From: an uncultured bacterium
GTDB lineage: Bacteria > Patescibacteriota > Minisyncoccia > Phycocordibacterales > CAIRYW01
Assembly (NCBI GenBank): GCA_963766885.1
Contig: CAVYBO010000001.1
Location: 132,352 to 196,351, forward strand
Direction: 5' to 3'
Length of the DNA stretch: 64,000 nucleotides
A model generated the notes under the pieces. The model had not been told where the DNA came from. It made no database searches and saw nothing but the letters and a program-made list of their open reading frames with translations. Positions 1-10,183 of the stretch are shown in pieces. Each line of letters begins with the position of its first letter. The first letter of the stretch is position 1. Both the position numbers and the translations under genes were made by a program.

Positions 1-200
1 TTGAAGAACTCCGAAAAGCTCTTCAAGATATCGGGGCAGATATGGGTACGGATGCTGATAATGCAGCAGAGAAACAAACTCAAAATCCAGAGCCAAAAAT
101 AGAATCAAAACCAATTGAGGCACCAAAAATAGAAGCTGAAGACCATTCAAAGAAAGAATTGCCAGAAGAAACTCTAAAGCGTGTGCTCGGTATAGAATAA
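1..200 (+). CDS. hypothetical protein, C-terminal fragment (gene begins upstream of window)
   Basis: An open frame (phase 3) runs from the window edge to TAA at 198-200. It translates to an acidic, Lys/Glu-rich tail (…EELRKALQDIGADMG…PKIEAEDHSKKELPEETLKRVLGIE). No domain was recognised. Confidence 0.3.
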   Translation, partial: EELRKALQDIGADMGTDADNAAEKQTQNPEPKIESKPIEAPKIEAEDHSKKELPEETLKRVLGIE

Positions 201-325
201 TATGATTTTATTTCTCCAAATTATAATCATTCTCATCGGTATTTCCGGTATTCTTTTTTTGAAAAGAAAAAAATGGAATAAAGAAGAAGTGAAAGCGACG
301 GATTTTCAAATTCAGGAAATAAAAG

Positions 326-1471
326 ATGGAGAATAAACCTAAAAAAAGAATATTGATTTTCTCTTTGGTTTACCTGCCAAAGTTTGTCGGCGGCGCAGAA
401 ATCGCTATCAAAGAAATCACAGATAGACTCGAAGAATTTGAATTTGATATGGTAACTTTGCGAGGAGATAATAAATCTCTGAGATTTGAAAAAGTTGGAA
501 ATATAAATGTTCACAGAATTGGCGGAAGTGTTCTTTGGATAAATAAATATTTGATGCCGTTTACTGGTTCTCTCAAAGCCAAGTCTTTAATCAAAGAAAA
601 TAAGTACGATTGTATTTGGTCTGTAATGGCAAGCTATAATTCTTTTGCAGCTTTGTTTACAAAAAATGCAAATCCTAGAATTCCTTGGCTTTTGACTTTG
701 CAAGAGGGTGATTCTTTGGAACATATAAAAAGGCGGGCACGCCCAGTCTGGCCGGTTTTTAAAAAGATTTTCAAGAAAGCTGATAAAGTCCAGACAATTT
801 CACACTTCCTGGCAGACTTTGCCAAGGAAATGGGAGCCAAAGATATTGATGTTGTTCCAAATGGTGTGGATGTTTCTTTATTTGAAAAAATCGATGAAGA
901 GAAAATTTTGGAGTGGAAAAATAAATTAGGTAAAAAGGATAAAGATATATTTTTGGTCACAGCATCGCGGCTCGTAGAGAAAAACGCAGTAGGAGATATT
1001 ATTTCTTCGCTCGCGTATTTGCCAGAGAATATAAAGTTTGTGGTTGCAGGTGTTGGCAAGCTCCAAATGCAGCTGAAGTTTCAAATAAAAAATCTTGGCC
1101 TGGAAGAAAGAGTAAAATTCTTAGGATTTACAGAACAAAAAGATTTACCAGCGCTTTTCAAAGCGTGTAATATTTTTGTTCGACCGTCGCTTTCAGAGGG
1201 CTTCGGTAATTCATTTGTGGAGGCAATGGCGGCAAGAATTCCTGTGATTGCAACACCTGTTGGGGGAATTGTAGATTTTATTAAGGATGAACAGACAGGC
1301 TTTTTTGTAGAAGTTAAAGATCCAGAATCGATTGCTCGGGAGGTAAAATATATTTTGGAAAATAAAGACATAACAGAACAAGCAATCCAAAACGCTTCCG
1401 CAATGGTCAAAAATAAGTATGATTGGAGTATTGTTGCAGAGGAAATGGGAGATATATTTACAAATATGTAA
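326..1471 (+). CDS. glycosyltransferase family 4 (GT-B fold, group 1)
   Basis: 381-aa ORF. The C-terminal sugar-nucleotide binding signature EGFGNSFVEAMAARIPVIATPVGG (the E-X7-E motif region of GT4 enzymes) is present. Confidence 0.8.
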   Translation: MENKPKKRILIFSLVYLPKFVGGAEIAIKEITDRLEEFEFDMVTLRGDNKSLRFEKVGNINVHRIGGSVLWINKYLMPFTGSLKAKSLIKENKYDCIWSVMASYNSFAALFTKNANPRIPWLLTLQEGDSLEHIKRRARPVWPVFKKIFKKADKVQTISHFLADFAKEMGAKDIDVVPNGVDVSLFEKIDEEKILEWKNKLGKKDKDIFLVTASRLVEKNAVGDIISSLAYLPENIKFVVAGVGKLQMQLKFQIKNLGLEERVKFLGFTEQKDLPALFKACNIFVRPSLSEGFGNSFVEAMAARIPVIATPVGGIVDFIKDEQTGFFVEVKDPESIAREVKYILENKDITEQAIQNASAMVKNKYDWSIVAEEMGDIFTNM

Positions 1472-1496
1472 ATGTGTGATAATCTCTGTTCAGACT

Positions 1497-1889
1497 ATGG
1501 ATACATTACCAATTCTTCTGCTGCAAACGTCGCCGGCTAGCATCGCATTATGCCTTATGGCGATTCGCTATGAAAAACTCGGGCTGGTAAGATTTCGCGA
1601 CTTTCGTGCATTCTTCGGTCTTGATGTTGAAGAGGCTGTTGTTGCTGGGGAACGACAACTCTTCATTACCGACACGTTCGGATTGCGATACGCGGACTCT
1701 CTCGAATTCAACGAGCGGCTTCGGATTAAAAATCCTGAACTCATTTCCGTCTGCTGCGACTCCGATGTTCAGGGGATGCATCGTGGTGAATTTGAGCGAA
1801 TCATTGATCGAGGCAAGGATGACTGGATTCAGCAATTTGCTTGGGTCATCCGCGACTTCCAGTCGGGCAAACTTCTCCGCGCTGCCTAA
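1497..1889 (+). CDS. hypothetical protein in GC-rich island (coding strand uncertain)
   Basis: A 131-aa ORF starts at ATG 1497, co-directional with its neighbours. The region is visibly GC-richer than the flanks and also carries a long antisense ORF (1548..1916). No recognisable domain; could alternatively be noncoding. Confidence 0.2.
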   Translation: MDTLPILLLQTSPASIALCLMAIRYEKLGLVRFRDFRAFFGLDVEEAVVAGERQLFITDTFGLRYADSLEFNERLRIKNPELISVCCDSDVQGMHRGEFERIIDRGKDDWIQQFAWVIRDFQSGKLLRAA

Positions 1890-1938
1890 AACAGATGCGG
1901 AATTTTTTATACTCAAAATATGTGCTAAATTTAAAGGA

Positions 1939-3279
1939 ATGGACTATAAAAAGTATTTCAAAGATAAAAAAATTACCATTATGGGCCTTGGGCTTTTAGG
2001 ACGTGGGCTTCAGGATGCTGTTTTTCTGGCTGAATGCGGGGCAGAACTGACAGTTACAGATTTGAGGTCAAAAGAGATTTTGCAGCCAAGTTTGAAAGCT
2101 TTGAAAAAGTTTAAGAATATCAAATATACTTTGGGCAGGCATGATTTTGCAGATTTTGAAGACAAAGATTTTATCCTTAAAGCTGCGGGAGTGCCTCTTG
2201 AATCGCCGTACATTGCTCATGCAATAAAGCATAATGTGCCAATTGAAATGGATGCCTCCTTATTCGCCAGACTTGCCGAGGGCGTGATTATTGTTGGCAT
2301 CACAGGGACAAGAGGAAAAACCACAACCACATCTTTAATATATAAACTTGTTTCAACCGCCCTTAGCAAACCATTTCAAAAAGTTTATCTTGCCGGCAAC
2401 ATCCGCGGCGCGGCGACATTGCCTTTGATAAAAAAAGTTAAAAGAGGAGATATCGTGGTGCTTGAGCTAGACAGCTGGCAGCTTCAGGGATTTGGCGATG
2501 CAAAAATTTCTCCGCATATCGCTGTTTTTACAAATTTCCTAGATGATCACCTCAATTATTATAAAGGCAACGTTTTGGCATACCTAAACGACAAGGCGCA
2601 GATTTTTTTGCATCAGAAGCAGAATGATTATCTAGTCTGCGGAGAAAAAATTGGACATTTGATTACGGCAAAATATTTTGAAAAGCTGCAAAATCCTGTA
2701 ATTGCTGCAAGTTCCTCTGAAATTCCAGATAACTGGAAGTTAAATATCATTGGAGAACACAATAGAGAGAATAGTGCTTTGGCCCTGAAGGTTGCAAGAA
2801 TCATGAAAATTCCAGATTCAGTCAGCAAAAAAGTAATTGAAAATTTCAAAAGCGTGGAAGGAAGATTGCAGAAGCTTAAAGTTTATAAAGGTATAACAAT
2901 CTGGAACGACAATAATTCTACGACGCCTGATTCGGCAATTGCAGCATTGAAAGCGCTGCCCCAAAAGGAAAATCAGCAGAAAAAAACCATTTTAATTATG
3001 GGCGGTGCGGACAAAAATCTAGATATGTCAAAATTGGTTGAAGAAATAAGAAACACCTGCAAAAAGGTGATTATATTGCCAGGGACTGGCACAGATAAAT
3101 TAAAAGGTGTAGAGGGAATCAAAGCCAAAGACCTGAAAGAGGCTGTAAAAATTGCAGTCAAATCTGCCGAAAAAGGCGACAATATTCTATTCAGTCCAGC
3201 GTTTGCGTCATTTGGATTATTCAAGAATGAGTATGATAGAAACGATCAGTTCGTGAAGATTATAAAAGGGTTAAAATAG
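1939..3279 (+). CDS. murD: UDP-N-acetylmuramoyl-L-alanine--D-glutamate ligase MurD
   Basis: The N-terminal Rossmann motif IMGLGLLGRG and the Mur-ligase P-loop GITGTRGKTTTTSLI are present. ATG 1939 is preceded by AAAGGA. The 1606 start in the ORF track is a spurious 5' extension through the GC-rich island. Confidence 0.85.
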   Translation: MDYKKYFKDKKITIMGLGLLGRGLQDAVFLAECGAELTVTDLRSKEILQPSLKALKKFKNIKYTLGRHDFADFEDKDFILKAAGVPLESPYIAHAIKHNVPIEMDASLFARLAEGVIIVGITGTRGKTTTTSLIYKLVSTALSKPFQKVYLAGNIRGAATLPLIKKVKRGDIVVLELDSWQLQGFGDAKISPHIAVFTNFLDDHLNYYKGNVLAYLNDKAQIFLHQKQNDYLVCGEKIGHLITAKYFEKLQNPVIAASSSEIPDNWKLNIIGEHNRENSALALKVARIMKIPDSVSKKVIENFKSVEGRLQKLKVYKGITIWNDNNSTTPDSAIAALKALPQKENQQKKTILIMGGADKNLDMSKLVEEIRNTCKKVIILPGTGTDKLKGVEGIKAKDLKEAVKIAVKSAEKGDNILFSPAFASFGLFKNEYDRNDQFVKIIKGLK

Positions 3280-3283
3280 ACGA

Positions 3284-4579
3284 ATGCTAGATTTTGATAA
3301 CGTAAAAAAAGCATATTTTTTGGGAATCGGAGGAATCGGTGTTTCTGCTGTGGCCAGAATGTTTTTACATGAAGGCAAAGCTGTTTCCGGTTCTGACTCG
3401 TATGCCTCAGAAATCACAGAAGAGCTTGAAAAATCCGGAGCTAAAATTTTTATAGGCCAGGATTTAGAGCATATTCCAAAAGACACGGATTTGGTGATCT
3501 ATTCAATCGCTTTGGATATATTTGCAGCGGATTTTATGAAGCAGGTTAGATTGAGAATTAAAAATGTGATTTCATATCCGGAAGCGCTTTCTGTGATTTC
3601 CAAAAATAAATTCACCATCGCAATTTCCGGAGCGCATGGCAAAACCACAACTACCGCAATGATTGCTAAAGTTTTGATTGACGCCGGACTTGATCCCACC
3701 GTAATCGTCGGCTCCAAGCTTTTGGGAGAAAATTCAAACTTTGTTGCTGGAAAATCGAAATACTTTATTGTTGAAGCGTGCGAATATTGCAGATCATTCT
3801 TGCAAATAAACCCGACTGTCGTGTGTGTCACAAATATTGATGCTGACCACTTGGATTATTACAAAGATATTAAGGATATAAAAAGCGCCTTTAAAGAATT
3901 TGTTGCCAAAGTTCCAAAAGACGGAGCACTTGTTGGAAACCTTAATGATGAAAAAATAAAAGAAGTTTTTGGTTCAAATTCTGTTGCCAAGCAAATTGAT
4001 TCTTCGGAATTTATGTTTAGCGATGATTTATTGATTCCTGGTGAACATAATAAAAAGAATGCCTCCATTGCTATGGCTGTTGCGTCTTTATTGGATATTG
4101 ATTTGGAAAAGGCAAAAGAAAGCTTGAAAAATTTTAAAGGCACGTGGCGAAGATTTGAGTATAAGGGCGAGACAAAGAAGGGCGCAAAAGTTTTTGATGA
4201 CTACGCTCATCATCCGACAGAAATTGAAGCTACGATTTCGGGTGCGCGCGAAAAGTTTCCTGACAAAAAAATAATTGCCGTTTTTCAACCTCACCTTTTT
4301 TCTCGAACTAAGGCTTTGCTGCCTGACTTCGCGCGCGCTCTATCAAACGCAGATGAAATTTTGCTTTTACCGATTTATCCCGCTCGGGAAGTTTTTGACG
4401 CAACAATTTCTTCCGAGACGGTTGTTGATTTAGTAGGAACTAAAGCAAAGTCTTTAAATAATTTTGAAGAGGCAAAAGAAATTCTATCAACAAAAAATTC
4501 AGCAAATAATTCGGATAGCGTAATCCTTATAATGGGAGCAGGAAGCATCGGTGAATTGCCAAAAATGATAATTAAATAA
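3284..4579 (+). CDS. murC: UDP-N-acetylmuramate--L-alanine ligase MurC
   Basis: N-terminal FLGIGGIGVSAVARMF, P-loop ISGAHGKTTTTAMIA and the DDYAHHPTEI motif typical of MurC. It sits immediately downstream of murD. Confidence 0.85.
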   Translation: MLDFDNVKKAYFLGIGGIGVSAVARMFLHEGKAVSGSDSYASEITEELEKSGAKIFIGQDLEHIPKDTDLVIYSIALDIFAADFMKQVRLRIKNVISYPEALSVISKNKFTIAISGAHGKTTTTAMIAKVLIDAGLDPTVIVGSKLLGENSNFVAGKSKYFIVEACEYCRSFLQINPTVVCVTNIDADHLDYYKDIKDIKSAFKEFVAKVPKDGALVGNLNDEKIKEVFGSNSVAKQIDSSEFMFSDDLLIPGEHNKKNASIAMAVASLLDIDLEKAKESLKNFKGTWRRFEYKGETKKGAKVFDDYAHHPTEIEATISGAREKFPDKKIIAVFQPHLFSRTKALLPDFARALSNADEILLLPIYPAREVFDATISSETVVDLVGTKAKSLNNFEEAKEILSTKNSANNSDSVILIMGAGSIGELPKMIIK

Positions 4580-5584
4580 ATGAAAAAAAATATTCTAATC
4601 GCAACTGGAATATATCCACCAGATATCGGAGGGCCGGCGGAATACGCAGCGGAGCTTGAAAAAGTATGGAAAAATCAGGGTTATAAAGTGACGGTTAAAT
4701 ATTTTTCTTTTGAAAAAAAACTTCCAACAGGTATAAGGCATATATTTTTTGCTCTCAAATCTATACCGGCCGTAATTTCAGCAGATTTTATTTTGGTTTT
4801 GGATACCTGGAGCGCAGCTATTCCCACAGCGTTTTTATGCAGAATTTTCGGCCAGAAATTTGTAATCAGAACAGGCGGAGATTTTTTATGGGAAAGTTAT
4901 TTGGAAAGGACAAAGAAAAAAGTGTTGTTTAAAAATTTTTATAATACAGAACTTGATAATTTGAATTCTAAAGAGAAGATTATTTTTAAAAAGACAAAAT
5001 GGGTTTTGAATCAAGCCGAGAAAATAGTTTTCTCTACTTCGTGGCAAAGAAACATTTGGCAGGAGCCTTATAAAATTAATATAGCAAAGACCACAATTAT
5101 AGAAAATTTTTATGGAGAAAAGGAAGTTGTTTCTGAATCGAAAGATAAAATTTTTATTGGCGCGGCCAGGCCGATTTATTTTAAAAGTGTTGATAATTTA
5201 AAACAGATTTTTGATACTGAAGAAATCAAAAAATCAGGGTTTGCTCTTGATTTAAAGACAAGCTCGAAAAAAGAATTATTGGATAGAATCAAAAAATCTT
5301 ATGCGGTAGTGCTTGCTTCTCTTGGAGACATAAGTCCCAATCTGATTTTGGATGCAATAAAATTAGACAAGCCATTTATTGTGACAGAAGAAACAGGAAT
5401 CAAAGACAGGATAAAAGATGTTGCGATTTTCGTAAATCCGCTGGATAAGCAGGATATAATTGAGAAAGTGCTGTGGCTAATGGATGAAAATAATTACAAA
5501 GCGCAACAAGAAAAATTGGCAAAATTTTCCTTTGTCCATACTTGGGACCAAATTGCAGATGAATTTTTAAATTTGAAAATATGA
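4580..5584 (+). CDS. glycosyltransferase, GT-B fold (GT4-like)
   Basis: The N-terminus ILIATGIYPPDIGGPAEYAAELEKVWKNQGYKV resembles the GT4 N-terminal Gly-rich loop. Its start abuts the murC stop. The C-terminal motif is degenerate. Confidence 0.55.
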   Translation: MKKNILIATGIYPPDIGGPAEYAAELEKVWKNQGYKVTVKYFSFEKKLPTGIRHIFFALKSIPAVISADFILVLDTWSAAIPTAFLCRIFGQKFVIRTGGDFLWESYLERTKKKVLFKNFYNTELDNLNSKEKIIFKKTKWVLNQAEKIVFSTSWQRNIWQEPYKINIAKTTIIENFYGEKEVVSESKDKIFIGAARPIYFKSVDNLKQIFDTEEIKKSGFALDLKTSSKKELLDRIKKSYAVVLASLGDISPNLILDAIKLDKPFIVTEETGIKDRIKDVAIFVNPLDKQDIIEKVLWLMDENNYKAQQEKLAKFSFVHTWDQIADEFLNLKI

Positions 5585-6669
5585 GTAAACTTTTAATGAT
5601 TTCCAGAGATCCAAAAGCTGTCGAAAAAGATTCTGCGGTTTACGAGCGACTTAAGGAATATAAAAAAATATTTGATGAAGTCCATGTGGTAGTAATGGCG
5701 AAGAGAAAATCAACACAAGAATTTCAGGAAGGCAATCTTTATATTTATCCGGCTTTTTCAAAGATTTCTTTTTTTGCTTTTTTGAGCTGCCTTTCATACG
5801 CTTTTGAAGCGGCTCGAAAAATTGGAAAGGATAAATGGATTTCGGTGCAGGATCCTTTTGAGGCGGGAATTGTTGGACTAATTGTTAAAAAAGTTTTTGG
5901 CGGAAAGCTCCAGGTGCAGATTCATACAGATTTGTTTTCTCCAATGTATAAAAAATCTGGATTGAAAGAAAGAAAGAATTTATTTTTGGCAGGACTGACT
6001 CTAACGGAGGCATATTCAATAAGAGTTGTCTCGGATAAAGTTCGAGACGATACAAAAAAATATCTTACAAAATATGCTAAGGAAATTCCTATGTATGTTT
6101 TGCCAATAATAGTTGATTTTGAAAAACTGGAAGAAATGAAAAAGAAAGCTATCAAAGAAAATTATGGAAATTACGATTCAACTGTTTTGGTTGTATCGCG
6201 CTTGGAAAAAGAAAAAAACGTTTCTTTGGCAATCAAGGCTTTTGCCGATTTGCGAAAATCTGGAGAGAACGCTGTTTTGGTTATTGCTGGCGAGGGAAGC
6301 GAAAGAGAAAAACTTAAACATCTTTCAGGGCGCCTTGAAATTGCTGAGCATGTCAAATTTCTTGGATTTGAAAATGATTTGTCCTCAGTTTATATTTCGA
6401 CTGATGTTTTGCTTTCAACGTCTTTGTATGAGGGATTCGGGATGGTTTTTTTGGAGGCCGCTCTATTTGGAAAACCTATTGTTTCTACTGATGTAGGTAT
6501 TGCCAAAGAAATTGGGGCACATATTGCCGATTGGAGCGCTGAAGATTTGGCACTCAAAATTAAAGAGGCTTTGACTGAAAAGCAAATAGATTATGATTTG
6601 TCAAAATTTAAGATTTCAAAAGATGAATACCTTAATCGTTTCAGAGAATCTTTTGATGTGTTAAAATAG
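5581..6669 (+). CDS. glycosyltransferase family 4
   Basis: EGFGMVFLEAALFGKPIVSTDVG, the GT4 C-terminal signature. Start overlaps the previous stop (ATGA). Confidence 0.8.
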   Translation: MSKLLMISRDPKAVEKDSAVYERLKEYKKIFDEVHVVVMAKRKSTQEFQEGNLYIYPAFSKISFFAFLSCLSYAFEAARKIGKDKWISVQDPFEAGIVGLIVKKVFGGKLQVQIHTDLFSPMYKKSGLKERKNLFLAGLTLTEAYSIRVVSDKVRDDTKKYLTKYAKEIPMYVLPIIVDFEKLEEMKKKAIKENYGNYDSTVLVVSRLEKEKNVSLAIKAFADLRKSGENAVLVIAGEGSEREKLKHLSGRLEIAEHVKFLGFENDLSSVYISTDVLLSTSLYEGFGMVFLEAALFGKPIVSTDVGIAKEIGAHIADWSAEDLALKIKEALTEKQIDYDLSKFKISKDEYLNRFRESFDVLK

Positions 6670-6676
6670 CGGCATT

Positions 6677-7369
6677 ATGAAATTATCAATAATAATTCCT
6701 GTTTTTAACGAAGAGAAAACTCTGGAAAAAATAATTGAGAAGGTGGAAAAAGTTTCTCTGCCAAATGATATTCCTAGGGAAATTATTGTTGTTGACGACT
6801 GCTCAAAAGATTCCACTCCCCAAATTATCAAAAAACTTCCAAAACATTTCAAGATCATTACTCACACATCTAATCAGGGCAAGGGTGCGTCAGTCAAAGA
6901 CGGGCTGATTGCTTCAACAGGAGATATCGTTTTGATTCAGGACGCCGATTTGGAGTATGATCCTGAAGAGTATCCACGCCTTTTGGCACCGATTATCAAA
7001 GGAGACGCGGATGTTGTGTATGGTTCAAGGTTTATAGGAGATCATCCTCATAGAGTGATTTATTTTTGGCATTATGTTGGCAATACAATCATTACGTTAT
7101 TTTCAAATATGATGTCCAATCTCAATCTATCTGATATGGAAACCTGCTATAAAGTTTTCACCAGAAAGGTTGTTGATGACATTAAATACAAAATTAGTTC
7201 CAAACGCTTTGGCATTGAGCCGGAAATAACAGCGTATGTGAAAAGATACCGCGTCTACGAAGTAGGAATTTCTTATAATGGGCGCACTTATGCCGAAGGC
7301 AAAAAAATCGGCTGGAGAGACGGAATTTCAGCATTTTGGATAATAATTAAAGCCAATCTTTTCTCATAA
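6677..7369 (+). CDS. glycosyltransferase family 2, polyprenol-phosphate sugar synthase (DPM1/GtrB-like)
   Basis: MKLSIIIPVFNEE…VVDDCSKDST…DADLEYDP: DXD-containing GT2-A fold typical of dolichol/undecaprenol-phosphate glycosyltransferases. Confidence 0.8.
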   Translation: MKLSIIIPVFNEEKTLEKIIEKVEKVSLPNDIPREIIVVDDCSKDSTPQIIKKLPKHFKIITHTSNQGKGASVKDGLIASTGDIVLIQDADLEYDPEEYPRLLAPIIKGDADVVYGSRFIGDHPHRVIYFWHYVGNTIITLFSNMMSNLNLSDMETCYKVFTRKVVDDIKYKISSKRFGIEPEITAYVKRYRVYEVGISYNGRTYAEGKKIGWRDGISAFWIIIKANLFS

Positions 7370-7375
7370 TTTTGT

Positions 7376-8404
7376 ATGAGACTTCTTATAATCACTCAAA
7401 AAATAGACCAGAACGATCCGGTGCTTGGATTTTTTGTTTCGTGGGTGAAAAAAATTTCTGAAAAATTTGAAAAAATCCAAGTTATCTGTTTAGAAAAAGG
7501 CGAGTATAATCTGCCAAAAAATGTTTCCGTATCTTCTTTGGGCAAGGAAAATAGAAAATCCAAAACAAAATACATTTGGAGATTTTATAAATATATTTGG
7601 CAGCAAAGAAAAAATTACGATGTGGTTTTTGTCCATATGAACCAAGAATATGTTTTGCTTGGCGGATTGCTTTGGAAAATTTTTGGCAAAAAAGTCGCAA
7701 TGTGGAGGAATCATTATGCGGGAAGTTTTCTAACCCAAATTGCAGGCAAGCTTTGCGACGAAGTTTATTACACATCTCCGCATTCTTTTACCGCTACATT
7801 TAAGAATGCAGTTCAGATGCCAGTTGGAGTTGATACGGATGTTTTTAAACCCAAAGATGATATTTTAGCTAAAGAAAATTCAATTCTTTTCGTCGGCAGA
7901 ATGTCTCCAGTTAAAAAGCCAGATGTTCTTTTGGAAGCTGAAAAAATTATCTTAAAAAATGGATATGAAATATCAGGATCCTTTTATGGAAATCCGGATT
8001 CGGCATCAGAATCTTTTTACAATCAAATGCTTGAAGAAAGCAAAAAACCACCTCTTGCCGGTAAGATTATTTTTTATGGAGGAATAAAATATGATGATCT
8101 AGCGGATGTTTATCGAAGGCATAAAGTATTCGTTAATTTGAGTCCTGATGGGATGTTTGACAAGACAATTTTTGAAGCAATGAGTAGCGGCGCTCTAGTC
8201 TTAGTTTCAAACAGTGCGCTTAAAAGTATTGTTCCGAAGGAATTTTTTTGCGATGCTGTAAATCCAAAAAACGTGGCAGAAAGGCTTAAAAATATTTTAG
8301 ATAATAAAGAAACTCTTAAAAAATATGATTTAAGAAAATTTGTGATTGAAAATCACTCTTTAGATTTGCTTGCAGAAGAGCTTCTTGATTCTCTCTCCAA
8401 ATAG
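7376..8404 (+). CDS. glycosyltransferase, GT-B fold (GT4-like)
   Basis: 342 aa. FEAMSSGALVLVSN matches the GT1/GT4 C-terminal donor-binding motif loosely. Confidence 0.55.
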   Translation: MRLLIITQKIDQNDPVLGFFVSWVKKISEKFEKIQVICLEKGEYNLPKNVSVSSLGKENRKSKTKYIWRFYKYIWQQRKNYDVVFVHMNQEYVLLGGLLWKIFGKKVAMWRNHYAGSFLTQIAGKLCDEVYYTSPHSFTATFKNAVQMPVGVDTDVFKPKDDILAKENSILFVGRMSPVKKPDVLLEAEKIILKNGYEISGSFYGNPDSASESFYNQMLEESKKPPLAGKIIFYGGIKYDDLADVYRRHKVFVNLSPDGMFDKTIFEAMSSGALVLVSNSALKSIVPKEFFCDAVNPKNVAERLKNILDNKETLKKYDLRKFVIENHSLDLLAEELLDSLSK

Positions 8405-9706
8405 AGAAAATATTCCGGCGCTTGCCAATAGCATAATGAACGGCTCTGCAATAAATCTGTAGCGGGCATTTGCTACAGGTCCGGCAAGAAGCGCCAGGAA
8501 GATCACTATAAAAAGTAAATAATAACCCAAAGGTCTTTTTCTATGTGTATATATTTCTGCAAAAACCATAATCCATATAAGAATTATGATTATACGTTCA
8601 ATGAATTTCCAAATCGGATGAGTGATTGAATATAAGAAGGAGGAGATATTACCGCGGGCGAGAGTGTCTATGGCACCAAGATTTGCAGAATCATTTTCGT
8701 TCATCATTAATTTATAATTATCAATCAGATATTCCGTATCGGAAGAAAAGAAAAACGCACTTGTTGTCAGTAGATGATATTTAGCGTATGAAAATATATT
8801 TGTCTTAAAAAACTGCGAGGTGTATTTTTCTATTGAAGGAGAATATTGGAGTTCATCCCATTGTTCAACTGGTACGTTGATTTGAGAAGAGATTTCTTGT
8901 CTTTCGATCGGAGCGGACGTTTTATTTTTTACTGCCAAAAACATCGGAGCGTTGTAATAGACAATGTTGTAGTAGGGAAGCGAAGTGAAAGCAAAGACGC
9001 CGGAAACATTTTTGTTCCGAATCATCCATGGTATGAGCATTAAAATTGTAATCAAAAGTATAAAGAACATTGCATAGAGCTTTTTTTGAATGTTAATTTT
9101 GGAAAGTAAAACTGGCACTGCGAATATTGGCAGAGCAAAAAGTCCCATGGGACGAACGTATAAAGCAAGGGCACAAATTATGCCAGAGGTTATTATTCCG
9201 AACCAAAATCTTTCTTTTATAGTATCTAGGCACACCCAAAAAAATAATAAGAATAGAAATAAAAAAAGCATATCGGACATTATTGTCAGGGAAAGTGTCA
9301 AAGTAATCGGATTTATAATAAAAAATATTGCGGCGAGACCGGCAATTTTTTCATCATAAAGAATGGATCCAATTTTCATTATTAAAAATGCTGAAAATAA
9401 AGCAAGTAAAATTTGTATAAAAGTTACAGCGAAATATGAACCAAAAAAGATTTCTTTTACGATTGCCAAAAAAACAGGGTAACCTGGGGTGCGAAAAGTG
9501 TTTGTCATGCCATCAATTGTAAAAGTTCCTGAGTTGATAATTGAATCGGATAGAGAAGCATATTCAGAAGAATCTTTTGGTATTACGGGGAAGGTTGGTA
9601 ATTTATGGAAAAATACTGTATATATCCAAAAAATAAAATATAGCGCAGTGCAAACTAAAATTATTTTTGAATAAATATTTGAAGATGATTTTGGTTGCAG
9701 CGACAT
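8360..9706 (-). CDS. GT-C fold glycosyltransferase (GT39/GT83, PMT/ArnT-like) membrane protein
   Basis: 448-aa polytopic membrane protein. The N-terminal loop …FRTPGYPVFLAIV… and overall topology resemble the PMT_2/ArnT family. Its 3' end overlaps the convergent gene 7376..8404 by 45 bp. Confidence 0.6.
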   Translation of the reverse strand: MSLQPKSSSNIYSKIILVCTALYFIFWIYTVFFHKLPTFPVIPKDSSEYASLSDSIINSGTFTIDGMTNTFRTPGYPVFLAIVKEIFFGSYFAVTFIQILLALFSAFLIMKIGSILYDEKIAGLAAIFFIINPITLTLSLTIMSDMLFLFLFLLFFWVCLDTIKERFWFGIITSGIICALALYVRPMGLFALPIFAVPVLLSKINIQKKLYAMFFILLITILMLIPWMIRNKNVSGVFAFTSLPYYNIVYYNAPMFLAVKNKTSAPIERQEISSQINVPVEQWDELQYSPSIEKYTSQFFKTNIFSYAKYHLLTTSAFFFSSDTEYLIDNYKLMMNENDSANLGAIDTLARGNISSFLYSITHPIWKFIERIIIILIWIMVFAEIYTHRKRPLGYYLLFIVIFLALLAGPVANARYRFIAEPFIMLLASAGIFSLFGERIKKLFCKQI

Positions 9707-9753
9707 TGCGACTATATGCTATCATTATAAGCACTTAATAAATATTTTCGTAA

Positions 9754-10176
9754 TTGGCAAAAATGATCAAAAAAATCTACGAGCTCCGGATTTTTCATTA
9801 TTTGGTAGCTGGTATAATCGGCTTTTCCGTTAATATTGGAGCACTCTATTTGCTAACTGATTATTTGAAAGTCTGGTATTTGGCTTCTTCAATTTTGGCG
9901 TATACAATCGCTTTTTCGGTGAGCTTTGTCTTGCAGAAATTCTGGACATTTAAGGTTTCGTCTTTTGAGAATTTAAAAAAAGAAATCACAATATACTTTA
10001 TAGTTTTTATTTTAGGGAATTTAGTAAATACAGCTTTGATTTATTTGTTTGTGGAATATATAAAGTTACATTATATTGTTGGAGCAGTACTGAGTAATAT
10101 ATTGATTGCTGCAATAAATTTTTTCTTATATAAAAATATTGTGTTCAAAAACAATTTGACATATAGTAATCAATAA
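9754..10176 (+). CDS. gtrA: GtrA family polysaccharide-synthesis flippase-like protein
   Basis: 140 aa with 4 predicted TM helices. …FSVSFVLQKFWTFK… is the GtrA signature. Confidence 0.75.
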   Translation: MAKMIKKIYELRIFHYLVAGIIGFSVNIGALYLLTDYLKVWYLASSILAYTIAFSVSFVLQKFWTFKVSSFENLKKEITIYFIVFILGNLVNTALIYLFVEYIKLHYIVGAVLSNILIAAINFFLYKNIVFKNNLTYSNQ

Positions 10177-10183
10177 TTAATTT

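Noticed and set aside
634-1410. Antisense ORFs 634..1059 and 1081..1410 within the GT4 gene
   Set aside because: They sit fully inside a well-supported plus-strand glycosyltransferase CDS and have no recognisable features.
1606-1938. 5' extension of murD to 1606 (the ORF track shows 557 aa)
   Set aside because: The extension runs through the GC-rich island and has no Mur-ligase similarity. The conserved MurD N-terminus begins at ATG 1939, which has an AAAGGA upstream.
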